Positions 8,336-15,528 of a stretch of 36,542 bases of DNA are shown here, one piece after another. The notes beneath the pieces are model-generated. The model saw only the letters and a list, made by a program, of their open reading frames with translations. It had not been told where the DNA came from and ran no database searches. The DNA is from Candidatus Falkowbacteria bacterium (lineage in GTDB: Bacteria; Patescibacteriota; Patescibacteriia; Patescibacteriales; SZUA-104), in assembly GCA_027020105.1 (NCBI GenBank), contig JALUVW010000077.1:1-36542 (forward strand), in the 5' to 3' direction. A program made the position numbers and the translations under genes. How positions within the stretch are numbered: position 1 is the stretch's first letter; every line of letters starts with the position of its first letter.

Positions 8336-9805
8336 ATGACTATTGACCAAATCATAAATAAAGTGAAAAAAAACAACCCAAAAGCGGATTTGGACTTGTT
8401 AAGGCTGGCCTATGACTTCGCGCAAAAGGCGCATAAGGGACAAAAAAGGCAGAACGGAGAACCGTACATACAGCACTCGCTGCATACCGCCTTCACTTTG
8501 GCGCAAATAAAAACCGATTTAAACACTATAATAGCGGGTCTTCTTCATGATGTTCCCGAAGACACGAAATACACGCTCGCGGATATAGAAAAAAACTTCG
8601 GCAAGGAGGTGGCCGGCTTGGTCAAGGGAATAACCAAACTAAGCAAAATCAAATACCGCGGAGTGGAAAGGTACGTGGAATCTTTAAAAAAAATGTTTCT
8701 GGCCATGGCCAACGACTTAAGGGTGATTCTTATTAAATTCGCGGACCGACTGCATAATTTAAGAACGCTTGACGCCCTCCCCCCGGAAAAACAGCAAAGA
8801 ATAGCCAGGGAAACGCTGGACATCTACGCTCCCATTGCCGGCCTTCTCGGTATCTGGCGCTTTAAGTGGCAAATGGAGGACTTGTGTTTTAAATATCTTT
8901 ATCCGGATGATTTTAAAAAAATAGAATATAAATACGAAGTGGAAAAAAAAGTTGAACGCAATCAATATATTCAAGGAATAAAAAATATCTTAAGCAAGGA
9001 ACTGAAAAAAGAAGGCATAGAACACACGATAACCGGCCGATTCAAGCACTTATACAGTATTTACAAAAAAATGCAGGCAAAAGACAGGAAATTTGACGAA
9101 ATTTACGATGTGTTCGCCTTGCGCGTTGTCGTAAAAAGCATACCCGATTGCTATAAAACGCTTGGCATAATCCACACGCTTTGGAAGCCCAAGCCGAACA
9201 GATTTAAGGATTATATCGCCTTGCCGAAGCCGAACGGCTACCGTTCTTTGCATACCACCGTCTATGGTCCGAACGGCAAAGCGACGGAGTTCCAAATCAG
9301 AACCGAAGAAATGAACCAAGAAGCCTTATACGGTATTGCCGCCCATTGGTATTATAAGGAAGAAGGAGGGAGCTATGAAAAACACAAATCAAAACAACCG
9401 CGCTGGGTCAAGGAAATTATGGACCTGCAGCTTAACGCGAAAAACTCGCATGACTTTATCAAGCGGGTTAAGTTTGACGTTTTTCACGACCGCATTTTCG
9501 TGTTTTCTCCCAAAGGCGATGTTTATGATTTGCCCGAAGGCGCCACTCCGGTTGATTTCGCTTACGCCGTGCACACCGACATCGGCAACCAGTGTTCGCG
9601 CGCCTTAATCAACGATAAAATATCAACTCTGGACGCGAAACTGAAAAGCGGCGAAGTGGTTGAAATTATTACCGACAAAAACCGCAAATACCCCAATCGC
9701 GACTGGCTTAAATTCGTTAAAACCCAGAAAGCCCGCAACAAAATAAAACAATTTTCAAAAATCTCCAAATTGGAAACAATCAAAAAACTGCTTCCGAAAA
9801 TATAA
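8336..9805 (+). CDS. rel: Bifunctional (p)ppGpp synthetase/hydrolase of the RelA/SpoT (RSH) family. Short form: HD + synthetase + TGS, with no C-terminal ZFD/ACT-RRM region.
   Basis: HD motif LLHDVPEDT; synthetase motifs YRSLHTTV and EFQIRTEEMNQEALYGIAAHWYYKE; TGS-like IFVFSPKGDVYDLPEGATPVDFAYAVHTDIG. The protein is 489 aa and ends ~60 aa after the TGS domain. Confidence 0.9.
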   Translation: MTIDQIINKVKKNNPKADLDLLRLAYDFAQKAHKGQKRQNGEPYIQHSLHTAFTLAQIKTDLNTIIAGLLHDVPEDTKYTLADIEKNFGKEVAGLVKGITKLSKIKYRGVERYVESLKKMFLAMANDLRVILIKFADRLHNLRTLDALPPEKQQRIARETLDIYAPIAGLLGIWRFKWQMEDLCFKYLYPDDFKKIEYKYEVEKKVERNQYIQGIKNILSKELKKEGIEHTITGRFKHLYSIYKKMQAKDRKFDEIYDVFALRVVVKSIPDCYKTLGIIHTLWKPKPNRFKDYIALPKPNGYRSLHTTVYGPNGKATEFQIRTEEMNQEALYGIAAHWYYKEEGGSYEKHKSKQPRWVKEIMDLQLNAKNSHDFIKRVKFDVFHDRIFVFSPKGDVYDLPEGATPVDFAYAVHTDIGNQCSRALINDKISTLDAKLKSGEVVEIITDKNRKYPNRDWLKFVKTQKARNKIKQFSKISKLETIKKLLPKI

Positions 9806-10090
9806 ACAAACCACTTAACCCCTGTTTTCTCCTATTATTCTCCGCAGCTCCTTTACTTTGGCGCCGCTTACTTTCATTTTTTTCCGTTTTTTATTCCGCC
9901 TTTTTTCATATCTCTTCTCTATTTCCTCCTGTCGTTCGTTCAAATTTTGTTTATTCATAGAAAGATGATATAATTAACATAATGCGAATCCGCGAATTAA
10001 CTTATTCCGGCATTCGCAAATTCGTGGAATTCGCGCAGAATTCGTATGTTCGTATTATAATTTTATCATCAATCCAGTCAATAAACAATA

Positions 10091-10780
10091 ATGAAAAAAC
10101 ATTGGTATAAAAAATGGTGGGGAATAATATTGATTACGGTTCTAACGATATTTTTGATAGTTTTAACCGCTTCCGGTTTTTATGTTTACCGCGCCGCCAA
10201 ACGCATAAACGACAACCGATTAAGCCCGCCGGAAAAAATATCAATAGATTATAATAAAATAGACAAACAAACGCGCGCGAAAATTGAAGGCGCGGACAAC
10301 TACTGGATAGGCGCGGCAAACCCCGAGATAACCATTGTTGAATTCGGCGATTTCGCCTGCCACCATACCAAGAAATCGTTTCCGAAGATACGGGAAATCG
10401 GGACAAAGTACAAAAATAATGTTAAAATAATATTCAGGGATATGCCCTTGCAGGAAAATTCCTTGGAATTGTCGCTGGCCGGCCGCTGCGCCGGAGAACA
10501 AGGGCTGTTTTGGCCGATGTATGACAAGCTGTTCCAAAACCAAGGCGTAAGCGGCGCGGACGAACTCATTGAAACGGCAAATCAAATCGGCGCGGACACG
10601 GCCAGATTCGCCGACTGCTTAAAGAGCCAAAAATACATTAAACAAATTCAAAAAAATTTTTCAGACGGAGAAGATCTCGGAGTAAGAGGAACGCCGACAT
10701 GGTTTGTCAACGGCGTTAAAATAGAAGGAGATGTCCCGCTTAGTGTTTGGGAAAATATTATAAACGAATTATTAAAATGA
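10091..10780 (+). CDS. Membrane-anchored DsbA-family thioredoxin-fold protein with a monothiol CHHT active site
   Basis: N-terminal TM helix WWGIILITVLTIFLIVLTASGFYVY. Thioredoxin_4-like core ITIVEFGDFACHHTKKSFP...AGRCAGEQGLFWPMYDKLFQNQ...GVRGTPTWFVNG. The DNA reads ttc gcc tgc cac cat acc, so the usual CxxC is CxxT. Confidence 0.8.
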   Translation: MKKHWYKKWWGIILITVLTIFLIVLTASGFYVYRAAKRINDNRLSPPEKISIDYNKIDKQTRAKIEGADNYWIGAANPEITIVEFGDFACHHTKKSFPKIREIGTKYKNNVKIIFRDMPLQENSLELSLAGRCAGEQGLFWPMYDKLFQNQGVSGADELIETANQIGADTARFADCLKSQKYIKQIQKNFSDGEDLGVRGTPTWFVNGVKIEGDVPLSVWENIINELLK

Positions 10781-10782
10781 CA

Positions 10783-10897
10783 AAAAACTCAAAATGCAAA
10801 GCTCAAAACGCAAAGCTACAGTTAAAAACTAAGAACTATGCGATTTTAAGATTTAAATTGCGGTTTTGAGTTTTGAGTTTTGAGCTTTGAGTTTTAC
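10783..10897. repeat. AT-rich inverted-repeat element E3 (aaaactc-type heptamers), same family as E8
   Basis: Left arm aaaactcaaaatgcaaagctcaaaacgcaaagctacag pairs with right arm gcggttttgagttttgagttttgagctttgagtttt. Confidence 0.8.
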
Positions 10898-10906
10898 TAT
10901 AAAATT

Positions 10907-11461
10907 ATGTATCAAATAAGAGTACACGGCCGGGGCGGGCAAGGAGTCGTCACCGCCGCCGAGCTAATCGCCATCGCCGCTTTTTACGACGGGAAAGTAT
11001 CGCAAGCGTTCCCCTTTTTCGGCGTGGAAAGAACCGGCGCCCCGATTGAATCTTACGCCCGCATTGACGACAAATTTATCAGAACGCGCGAACAAGTTCA
11101 CGCGCCAGATATTTTAATCGTGCAAGACTCCACCTTGCTTGGAGTGACGGATGTGGCAAGGGGAACCAGTAAAAAAACAATAGCCATAGTCAATTCAGCC
11201 AAGGAAAAAGATAAATTGAATATTGACTTGCCGAAAGAAAACATCTTCGTGATTGACGCCACCAAAATCGCCTTGGACAAAATCGGAAAAAATATAGTTA
11301 ACACCACTATTTTGGGGGCTTTCGCCCGCGCCACCGGATTAGTGAGTTTAAATTCGTTAAAACTTGCCATTAAAGAAAAATTCAAGGAAAAGGGCGACAA
11401 AATAATCAATAAAAATATTGAAGCGGTGGAGGTAGCATACAAATCTTCCGCCGAGCTTTAA
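10907..11461 (+). CDS. porG: Pyruvate/2-oxoacid:ferredoxin oxidoreductase, gamma subunit
   Basis: MYQIRVHGRGGQGVVTAAELIAIAAFYDGK... is a typical gamma-subunit N-terminus. ATG 10907 is preferred over the track's TTG 10880, which lies inside repeat E3. Confidence 0.85.
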   Translation: MYQIRVHGRGGQGVVTAAELIAIAAFYDGKVSQAFPFFGVERTGAPIESYARIDDKFIRTREQVHAPDILIVQDSTLLGVTDVARGTSKKTIAIVNSAKEKDKLNIDLPKENIFVIDATKIALDKIGKNIVNTTILGAFARATGLVSLNSLKLAIKEKFKEKGDKIINKNIEAVEVAYKSSAEL

Positions 11462-11474
11462 CATTATATAAACC

Positions 11475-11562
11475 TCTACCGATCTTTAGCTCGCCTTCGC
11501 CAGGTTTTAACCTGCCGAACAGCGGCTAAAGCCGCCCGAACCCTGGCCTGAAGGCCGGTAGA
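11475..11562. repeat. GC-rich palindromic element G1 (ggctaaagccgcc / cgaaccctggcct family)
   Basis: The outer arms pair: tctaccg...gccttcgccaggtt with aaccctggcctgaaggccggtaga. The 26-nt block cgaaccctggcctgaaggccggtaga recurs at 29075-29100 with one mismatch. Confidence 0.7.
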
Positions 11563-11577
11563 ATACAAATTTTACTT

Positions 11578-11847
11578 ATGAAAATAAATATCACGGCCAA
11601 GCCGGGATCAACCCGCAACAACAAAACCGGCGGTTGGCGAACATTTAAGCCAAAAACCGATTTAGACAAATGCATAAGTTGCGGCACTTGCGCCAAAGTC
11701 TGCCCGGAAGGTTGTATTGAAATGAAAAAAATCGCAAAATACGAACAGCTGAAACCGAAAACCGACTATAACTACTGCAAGGGTTGCGGCGTTTGCGCCG
11801 CCGAATGCCCGGTTAAGGCGATTGTTATGGAACTGGATAAAAAATAA
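11578..11847 (+). CDS. porD: PFOR delta subunit (2x[4Fe-4S] ferredoxin)
   Basis: Two cluster motifs: CISCGTCAKVCP and CKGCGVCAAECP. The protein is 89 aa and lies between porG and porA. Confidence 0.85.
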   Translation: MKINITAKPGSTRNNKTGGWRTFKPKTDLDKCISCGTCAKVCPEGCIEMKKIAKYEQLKPKTDYNYCKGCGVCAAECPVKAIVMELDKK

Positions 11848-11851
11848 TTAA

Positions 11852-11966
11852 ATTAAAATGTAAAAATCAAAAATCAAAATGACAATGCAAAATTTAAAAT
11901 TATTAAACTTTAAAAATTTTACACTTTAAATTGTCATTTTGATTTTTGATATTTAATTTTTAAATT
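11852..11966. repeat. AT-rich inverted-repeat element E4 between porD and porA
   Basis: Left arm aaaatgtaaaaatcaaaaatcaaaatgacaatg pairs with right arm aaattgtcattttgatttttgatatttaattttta. Confidence 0.8.
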
Positions 11967-11971
11967 ATTTT

Positions 11972-13159
11972 ATGAATAACAAAAATCAACAAATCCTTGA
12001 GGGTTCCAGGGCGATAGCTTTAACCATTAACAACATTGGGCCGGCTGTCATTTCCGCCTACCCGATCACCCCGCAAACCCATATCGTGGAGGACTTGGCC
12101 AAATTCAAGGCGGACGGAGACGCCGATTACGAATACGCGCGGGCGGAAAGCGAATTCGCGGCGGCCTCTATTGTGGAGGGAGCGAGCGCCGCCGGCGCGC
12201 GCGTCTATACCGCGACCAGTTCGCAAGGACTGCTTTTAATGGCGGAGGTATTGTTTAATATCGCCGGTATGCGCTTGCCGATCGTGGTGACCTGCGCCAA
12301 CCGCGGCGTTTCCGCGCCGATTACGATTTGGAACGACCAGCAAGACGCGATGACCATCCGCGACGCCGGCTGGATACAAATGTTCGCCGAAAACCATCAA
12401 GAAGCGGTTGACCAGCATATTATGGCCTACAAAATCGCCGAGCAAACGAATCTGCCGGTTATGGTCAATATTGACGGCTTTGTTTTAACGCATTCTTACG
12501 AACCGGTTATTATTCCCACCAGAGCGCAAATCAAAAAATACCTGCCGGATTATAAACCTAAAAAGGGACAATATTTGGACCCGGCCAATCCGGTTACCCT
12601 CGGCGCCTTCGCCCGACCCCAGCATTATATGGAAATCCGCCAAGACCTGCATAATGACCTGATGTCCAGTCTCAATTTAATTAACAAAGAGTATATTAAA
12701 TATAGAAAAACAATAAAAACAATGAAGTCCGACATCGGGTGCCCGATGTCGGACTTCGGAGCGGAAAATAACGGCTTAGTTGAATACTACGGCCCCAAAA
12801 AGCCTAAAATCATCTTAGTGGCGATGGGCTCGGTTATCGGAACGATAAAGGAAGTGGCGGATAAAACAAAAGGCGTCGGCGCGCTAAAAATAAAGACTTA
12901 CCGCCCGTTCCCCGAAGACGCGATTTTCAATATTTTAAAAAAGGCCAAATACGTGGCCGTTTTGGACAAATCCATATCGCTGGGGCATATCGGGCCGTTG
13001 GCTTCCGACATTAAATCGGCAATGCAGGGGAAAATCAAGGCTAAAATCCAAAGCTTTATAGTCGGATTGGGAGGACGGGATATTACGAAGGAAATGATTG
13101 GGGGAATTGTTAGGGAAGTTAAGAAAGGGGATGGTGGGGTGAAATTTATCGGGAAATAG
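11972..13159 (+). CDS. porA: PFOR alpha subunit
   Basis: 395 aa. AVISAYPITPQTHIVEDLA...YTATSSQGLLLMAEVLFNIAGMRLPIVV is typical of porA/korA alpha subunits. Confidence 0.9.
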   Translation: MNNKNQQILEGSRAIALTINNIGPAVISAYPITPQTHIVEDLAKFKADGDADYEYARAESEFAAASIVEGASAAGARVYTATSSQGLLLMAEVLFNIAGMRLPIVVTCANRGVSAPITIWNDQQDAMTIRDAGWIQMFAENHQEAVDQHIMAYKIAEQTNLPVMVNIDGFVLTHSYEPVIIPTRAQIKKYLPDYKPKKGQYLDPANPVTLGAFARPQHYMEIRQDLHNDLMSSLNLINKEYIKYRKTIKTMKSDIGCPMSDFGAENNGLVEYYGPKKPKIILVAMGSVIGTIKEVADKTKGVGALKIKTYRPFPEDAIFNILKKAKYVAVLDKSISLGHIGPLASDIKSAMQGKIKAKIQSFIVGLGGRDITKEMIGGIVREVKKGDGGVKFIGK

Positions 13160-13188
13160 AAAGATTTATGAATTAAGATTTATGATTT

Positions 13189-13317
13189 ATGAATAATGGA
13201 AAAATAAAATCATTTACTGATATTAAAGCATGGCAAAAGGGATATCACCCCGACGGCTCCATGCTTCGCGTGGAGCCGTCAAGGGCTTTAAAAAAATTCT
13301 TAAATCATAATTCGTAA
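13189..13317 (+). pseudogene. Remnant of a four-helix-bundle (23S rRNA intervening-sequence-type) protein gene, interrupted by a GC hairpin
   Basis: Translation is MNNGKIKSFTDIKAWQKGYH|PDGSMLRVEPS|RALKKFLNHNS. The first 20 aa match the family's characteristic N-terminus (F-x-D-L/I-x-x-W-Q-K). The middle segment is the hairpin gacggctcca...tggagccgtc. The remnant is 42 codons, against ~120 aa for intact members. Confidence 0.55.
13252..13280. repeat. GC hairpin G2 (GACGGCTCCA-N9-TGGAGCCGTC), upstream flank of the small pilin-type gene
   Basis: 10-bp perfect stem. It is related to the copy at 14101-14154 and shares the GCGTGGAG box with the 51-bp element at 15821-15871 and 30831-30881. Confidence 0.75.
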
Positions 13318-13328
13318 ATCCTAAATCT

Positions 13329-14069
13329 ATGAAAAAAATCCCTAAAATTATAGTATCAACATTCTTAACAATCTTCATCCTCCAAATGATAGGTCTAATA
13401 GTCTTATTGTCCGTTCCCGCGCAAGCGGCTGATGTGAAATTTAAACCTCAAATTGAAGTTCCCGGCTTGGAAAAAGGGCTTAAGGGCAGTAAAGAAGACG
13501 GGTATATAATTGAATCAACCACGATTGGCGAATACATTAAGGCCATCTATAAATACGCCATCGGCGTTGTCGGCATTTTGGCCGCGGTTGTGTTGATGAT
13601 CGGCGGAATCGTCTGGCTCACGGCCGGCGGAAACCAGACCAGAATCGGCGAAGCCAAGGCGTGGATAGGCGCGTCCCTGACCGGCCTGATTATCGCTTTA
13701 ACTTCGTATATGATTTTATGGACGGTTAATCCGGCGCTGGTGCGATTTAAGCCGATAAAAGTGGCGACGGTAACGGAACTAAAAAATGGATGCTGTGAAC
13801 TAAATAACGGAAAAGCGATGAATTCAACAGACACGGACTGCCCGGAAGACGTGGGAGTCTTCAACGACGGTAAAGTGGCAAGCGCCGACGGAAGCGCTTG
13901 CGTTAACAAAGAAACGGTGGTGGACTTAAAAGGATCCGGGCCCGGATGCTGCATCAAGCCCGGACTTTTCGGATATAATTGCGACTATGTCTCTTCTCAA
14001 GATGATTGCGACGATGGATATGAATTCCTTCTTGGCGTAAAATGTGAAGAAATTGATAAATGCCAATAA
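13329..14069 (+). CDS. Small TrbC/VirB2-like (CPR T4SS-pilin-type) protein with a Cys-rich C-terminal domain
   Basis: Signal/TM segment KIIVSTFLTIFILQMIGLIVLLSVPAQA, then IGEYIKAIYKYAIGVVGILAAVVLMIGGIVWLTAGGNQTRIGEAKAWIGASLTGLIIALTSYMILWTVNPALV (TM, GG loop, EAK, TM, INP-LV-like end). A ~100-aa tail with 12 Cys follows. Confidence 0.8.
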   Translation: MKKIPKIIVSTFLTIFILQMIGLIVLLSVPAQAADVKFKPQIEVPGLEKGLKGSKEDGYIIESTTIGEYIKAIYKYAIGVVGILAAVVLMIGGIVWLTAGGNQTRIGEAKAWIGASLTGLIIALTSYMILWTVNPALVRFKPIKVATVTELKNGCCELNNGKAMNSTDTDCPEDVGVFNDGKVASADGSACVNKETVVDLKGSGPGCCIKPGLFGYNCDYVSSQDDCDDGYEFLLGVKCEEIDKCQ

Positions 14070-14100
14070 CCCTGTTTGTTATTTAAAATTATAAAACTCA

Positions 14101-14154
14101 CGACGGATCCATGCTGCGCGTGGAGCCATAGCGCAAAGCGTGGAGCCGTCAAAG
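14101..14154. repeat. GC hairpin G3 (partially duplicated copy of G2), downstream flank of the small pilin-type gene
   Basis: cgacggatccatgctgcgcgtggagcc + atagcgcaaa + gcgtggagccgtcaaag, in the same orientation as G2. Confidence 0.7.
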
Positions 14155-14207
14155 TTGACAAAAAGTTAATCTTTAGTTAATCTTTAGTTAAACTTTAGTT
14201 AAAATTA
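14155..14207 (+). promoter_or_regulatory. Promoter of the first toxin-antitoxin operon, overlapped by four tandem 11-nt repeats (candidate operator)
   Basis: TTGACA (14155-14160), 17-nt spacer, TAATCT (14178-14183). Tandem repeats agttaatcttt / agttaatcttt / agttaaacttt / agttaaaatta span 14164-14207. Confidence 0.55.
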
Positions 14208-14224
14208 ATTAATCTTAAAAATAT

Positions 14225-14440
14225 ATGGAAAATATTATTAACTTAAAAAATTTAAGGGAAAATATGAGCGATTACGCCAAAAAAATCGCGCAAGGACAAA
14301 CTTTCATTGTTTTTAAACAGTCAAAACCGCTGTTTAAAATTTCTCCGGTGGACGAAGAAAGCCGATGGGAAGAAGTAATTGATTTTACTAAAATAAAAAA
14401 AGGAGGAGTTGATATTGATGAAGTGCTGTCCCGCCTGTAA
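14225..14440 (+). CDS. Type II antitoxin, Phd/YefM-like
   Basis: 71 aa. MENIINLKNLRENMSDYAKKIAQGQTFIVFKQSKPLFKISPV resembles Phd/YefM N-terminal domains. It lies directly upstream of a RelE/ParE-like gene. Confidence 0.6.
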   Translation: MENIINLKNLRENMSDYAKKIAQGQTFIVFKQSKPLFKISPVDEESRWEEVIDFTKIKKGGVDIDEVLSRL

Positions 14441-14490
14441 ATTATTCACTTCGTGGATCCCGAGTACTCGCTAACTTGCGAATTATTAAT

Positions 14491-14733
14491 ATGGACAAAA
14501 TATCAAAGGCCCTGAAAAAATTGACTGCTGAAGAGAAAAAAAGAATTAAAATAATTCTTATAAAATTGAAAAAAAACTCTCTTTCCGATTTTGACATTAA
14601 AAAATTAAAAGGGCATAGCGGTATTTACCGGATAAAAAAAGGAAAAATAAGAATTATATATAAAATTGATAAAGACGGAAATAAACGACTCTTAACGATT
14701 GAACGCCGAACCGATAATACTTACAATTTTTAA
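14491..14733 (+). CDS. Type II toxin, RelE/ParE family
   Basis: KKLKGHSGIYRIKKGKIRIIYKIDKDGNKRLLTIERRTDNTY matches the RelE/ParE core pattern (KL-G-x-YR-R-G-YR-IY...R). ATG 14491 is preferred to the track's TTG 14476. Confidence 0.7.
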   Translation: MDKISKALKKLTAEEKKRIKIILIKLKKNSLSDFDIKKLKGHSGIYRIKKGKIRIIYKIDKDGNKRLLTIERRTDNTYNF

Positions 14734-14776
14734 TTAAAATCCCCCGGCCCCCTTTAATAAATGGTGATAAAACGAT

Positions 14777-14992
14777 ATGATTTACTTCACCAAATACGCG
14801 GAAAAAAAATTTGATATACTGAATAAACACAAGGTTTATTTTACGCGCGAACAAGTGGAAGATGCCGTGAAGCTGCCCGACAAACTGGAGAAAAAAGGCA
14901 AATACTTGGCGGCGCGGAAGGATGGAGTGAAGGTGGTTTATATAATAGAAAATGAAATTATAAAAATTATAACCTTTTTTCCTGTAAAATAA
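14777..14992 (+). CDS. DUF4258-like small protein (putative toxin partner of DUF2283)
   Basis: 71 aa. YFTKYAEKKFDILNKHKVYFTREQVEDAV...VKVVYIIENEIIKIITFFPV fits the DUF4258 layout. Confidence 0.5.
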   Translation: MIYFTKYAEKKFDILNKHKVYFTREQVEDAVKLPDKLEKKGKYLAARKDGVKVVYIIENEIIKIITFFPVK

Positions 14993-14994
14993 TG

Positions 14995-15196
14995 GAAAAA
15001 TCAAAAATCAAAATGGAAAATGACAATTAAAAATGCAAAATTATTTTATCGGTTTAAAATATTTTAATATATCTTACCGTATGAGCCGCATTATTTAAGT
15101 AAAACAGGTAATCCAATTGCAATATTCTCTAAAATTAATTTTAAAATTTTACATTGTTATTTTGATTTTTGATTTTTACATTTTGATTTTTATTTT
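14995..15196. repeat. AT-rich inverted-repeat element E6 (~200 bp), inverted homolog of E2, inserted between the DUF4258 and DUF2283 genes
   Basis: Arms are aaaaatcaaaaatcaaaatggaaaatgacaatt and acattgttattttgatttttgatttttacattttgattttt. The ends align with the reverse complement of E2. Confidence 0.8.
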
Positions 15197-15406
15197 ATGT
15201 ATTACGACCCCGAAGCCAATATAATATCATGGGAAATCGCGCGAGGGAAAATCAGCCACGCGCGGGAGTTCGGCAATTTTATAATTCATTTGTCCAAATC
15301 AGGCAAACCGCTATTGATTGAAATACTGGACGCGTCGAGATTCGCGGGGCAATTTAACAAGCTGAAAAACGCGGAGGAATTAAGGAAAGTAGTGGCGGTA
15401 AATTAA
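15197..15406 (+). CDS. DUF2283 (YuzE-like) small protein, putative antitoxin partner of DUF4258
   Basis: MYYDPEANIISWEIARGKISHAREFGNFIIHLSKSGKPLLIEILDAS fits the DUF2283 pattern (YD-x-E-x-D...GxxxGIEILxAS). Confidence 0.6.
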   Translation: MYYDPEANIISWEIARGKISHAREFGNFIIHLSKSGKPLLIEILDASRFAGQFNKLKNAEELRKVVAVN

Positions 15407-15528
15407 AATGTAAAAATATTTTTAAACTTAAGCGACATAACATATGGAGCTAGGGTATTAGAGATTTTAACAAATTTTAAATAAATTCATTTTAAATTTT
15501 ACACTGTCATTTTGATTTTTGATTTTTG
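15404..15528. repeat. AT-rich element E7 (left arm truncated, right arm complete)
   Basis: The left end taaaatgtaaaaat matches the start of E4. The right arm is aaattttacactgtcattttgatttttgatttttg. Confidence 0.6.

Larger units (their letters stand above)
13161..13328. repeat. AT-rich inverted-repeat element E5 (gatttat-type heptamers). It encloses a decayed four-helix-bundle gene start and a GC hairpin.
   Basis: Left arm agatttatgaattaagatttatgatttatgaat (13162-13194) pairs with right arm attcttaaatcataattcgtaaatcctaaatct (13297-13328). Confidence 0.8.

Noticed and set aside
9815-9958. A 47-codon minus-strand ORF (MNKQNLNERQEEIEKRYEKRRNKKRKKMKVSGAKVKELRRIIGENRG) convergent with rel.
   Set aside because: It has no Shine-Dalgarno-like sequence upstream and a low-complexity Lys/Arg/Glu composition typical of A-rich spacers, and I recognise no family. 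It is kept only as a remote possibility.
10880-10906. The track's TTG start for porG (MSFEFYYKI...).
   Set aside because: These codons lie within the T-rich arm of repeat E3. ATG 10907 gives the canonical gamma-subunit N-terminus MYQIRVHGRGGQG.
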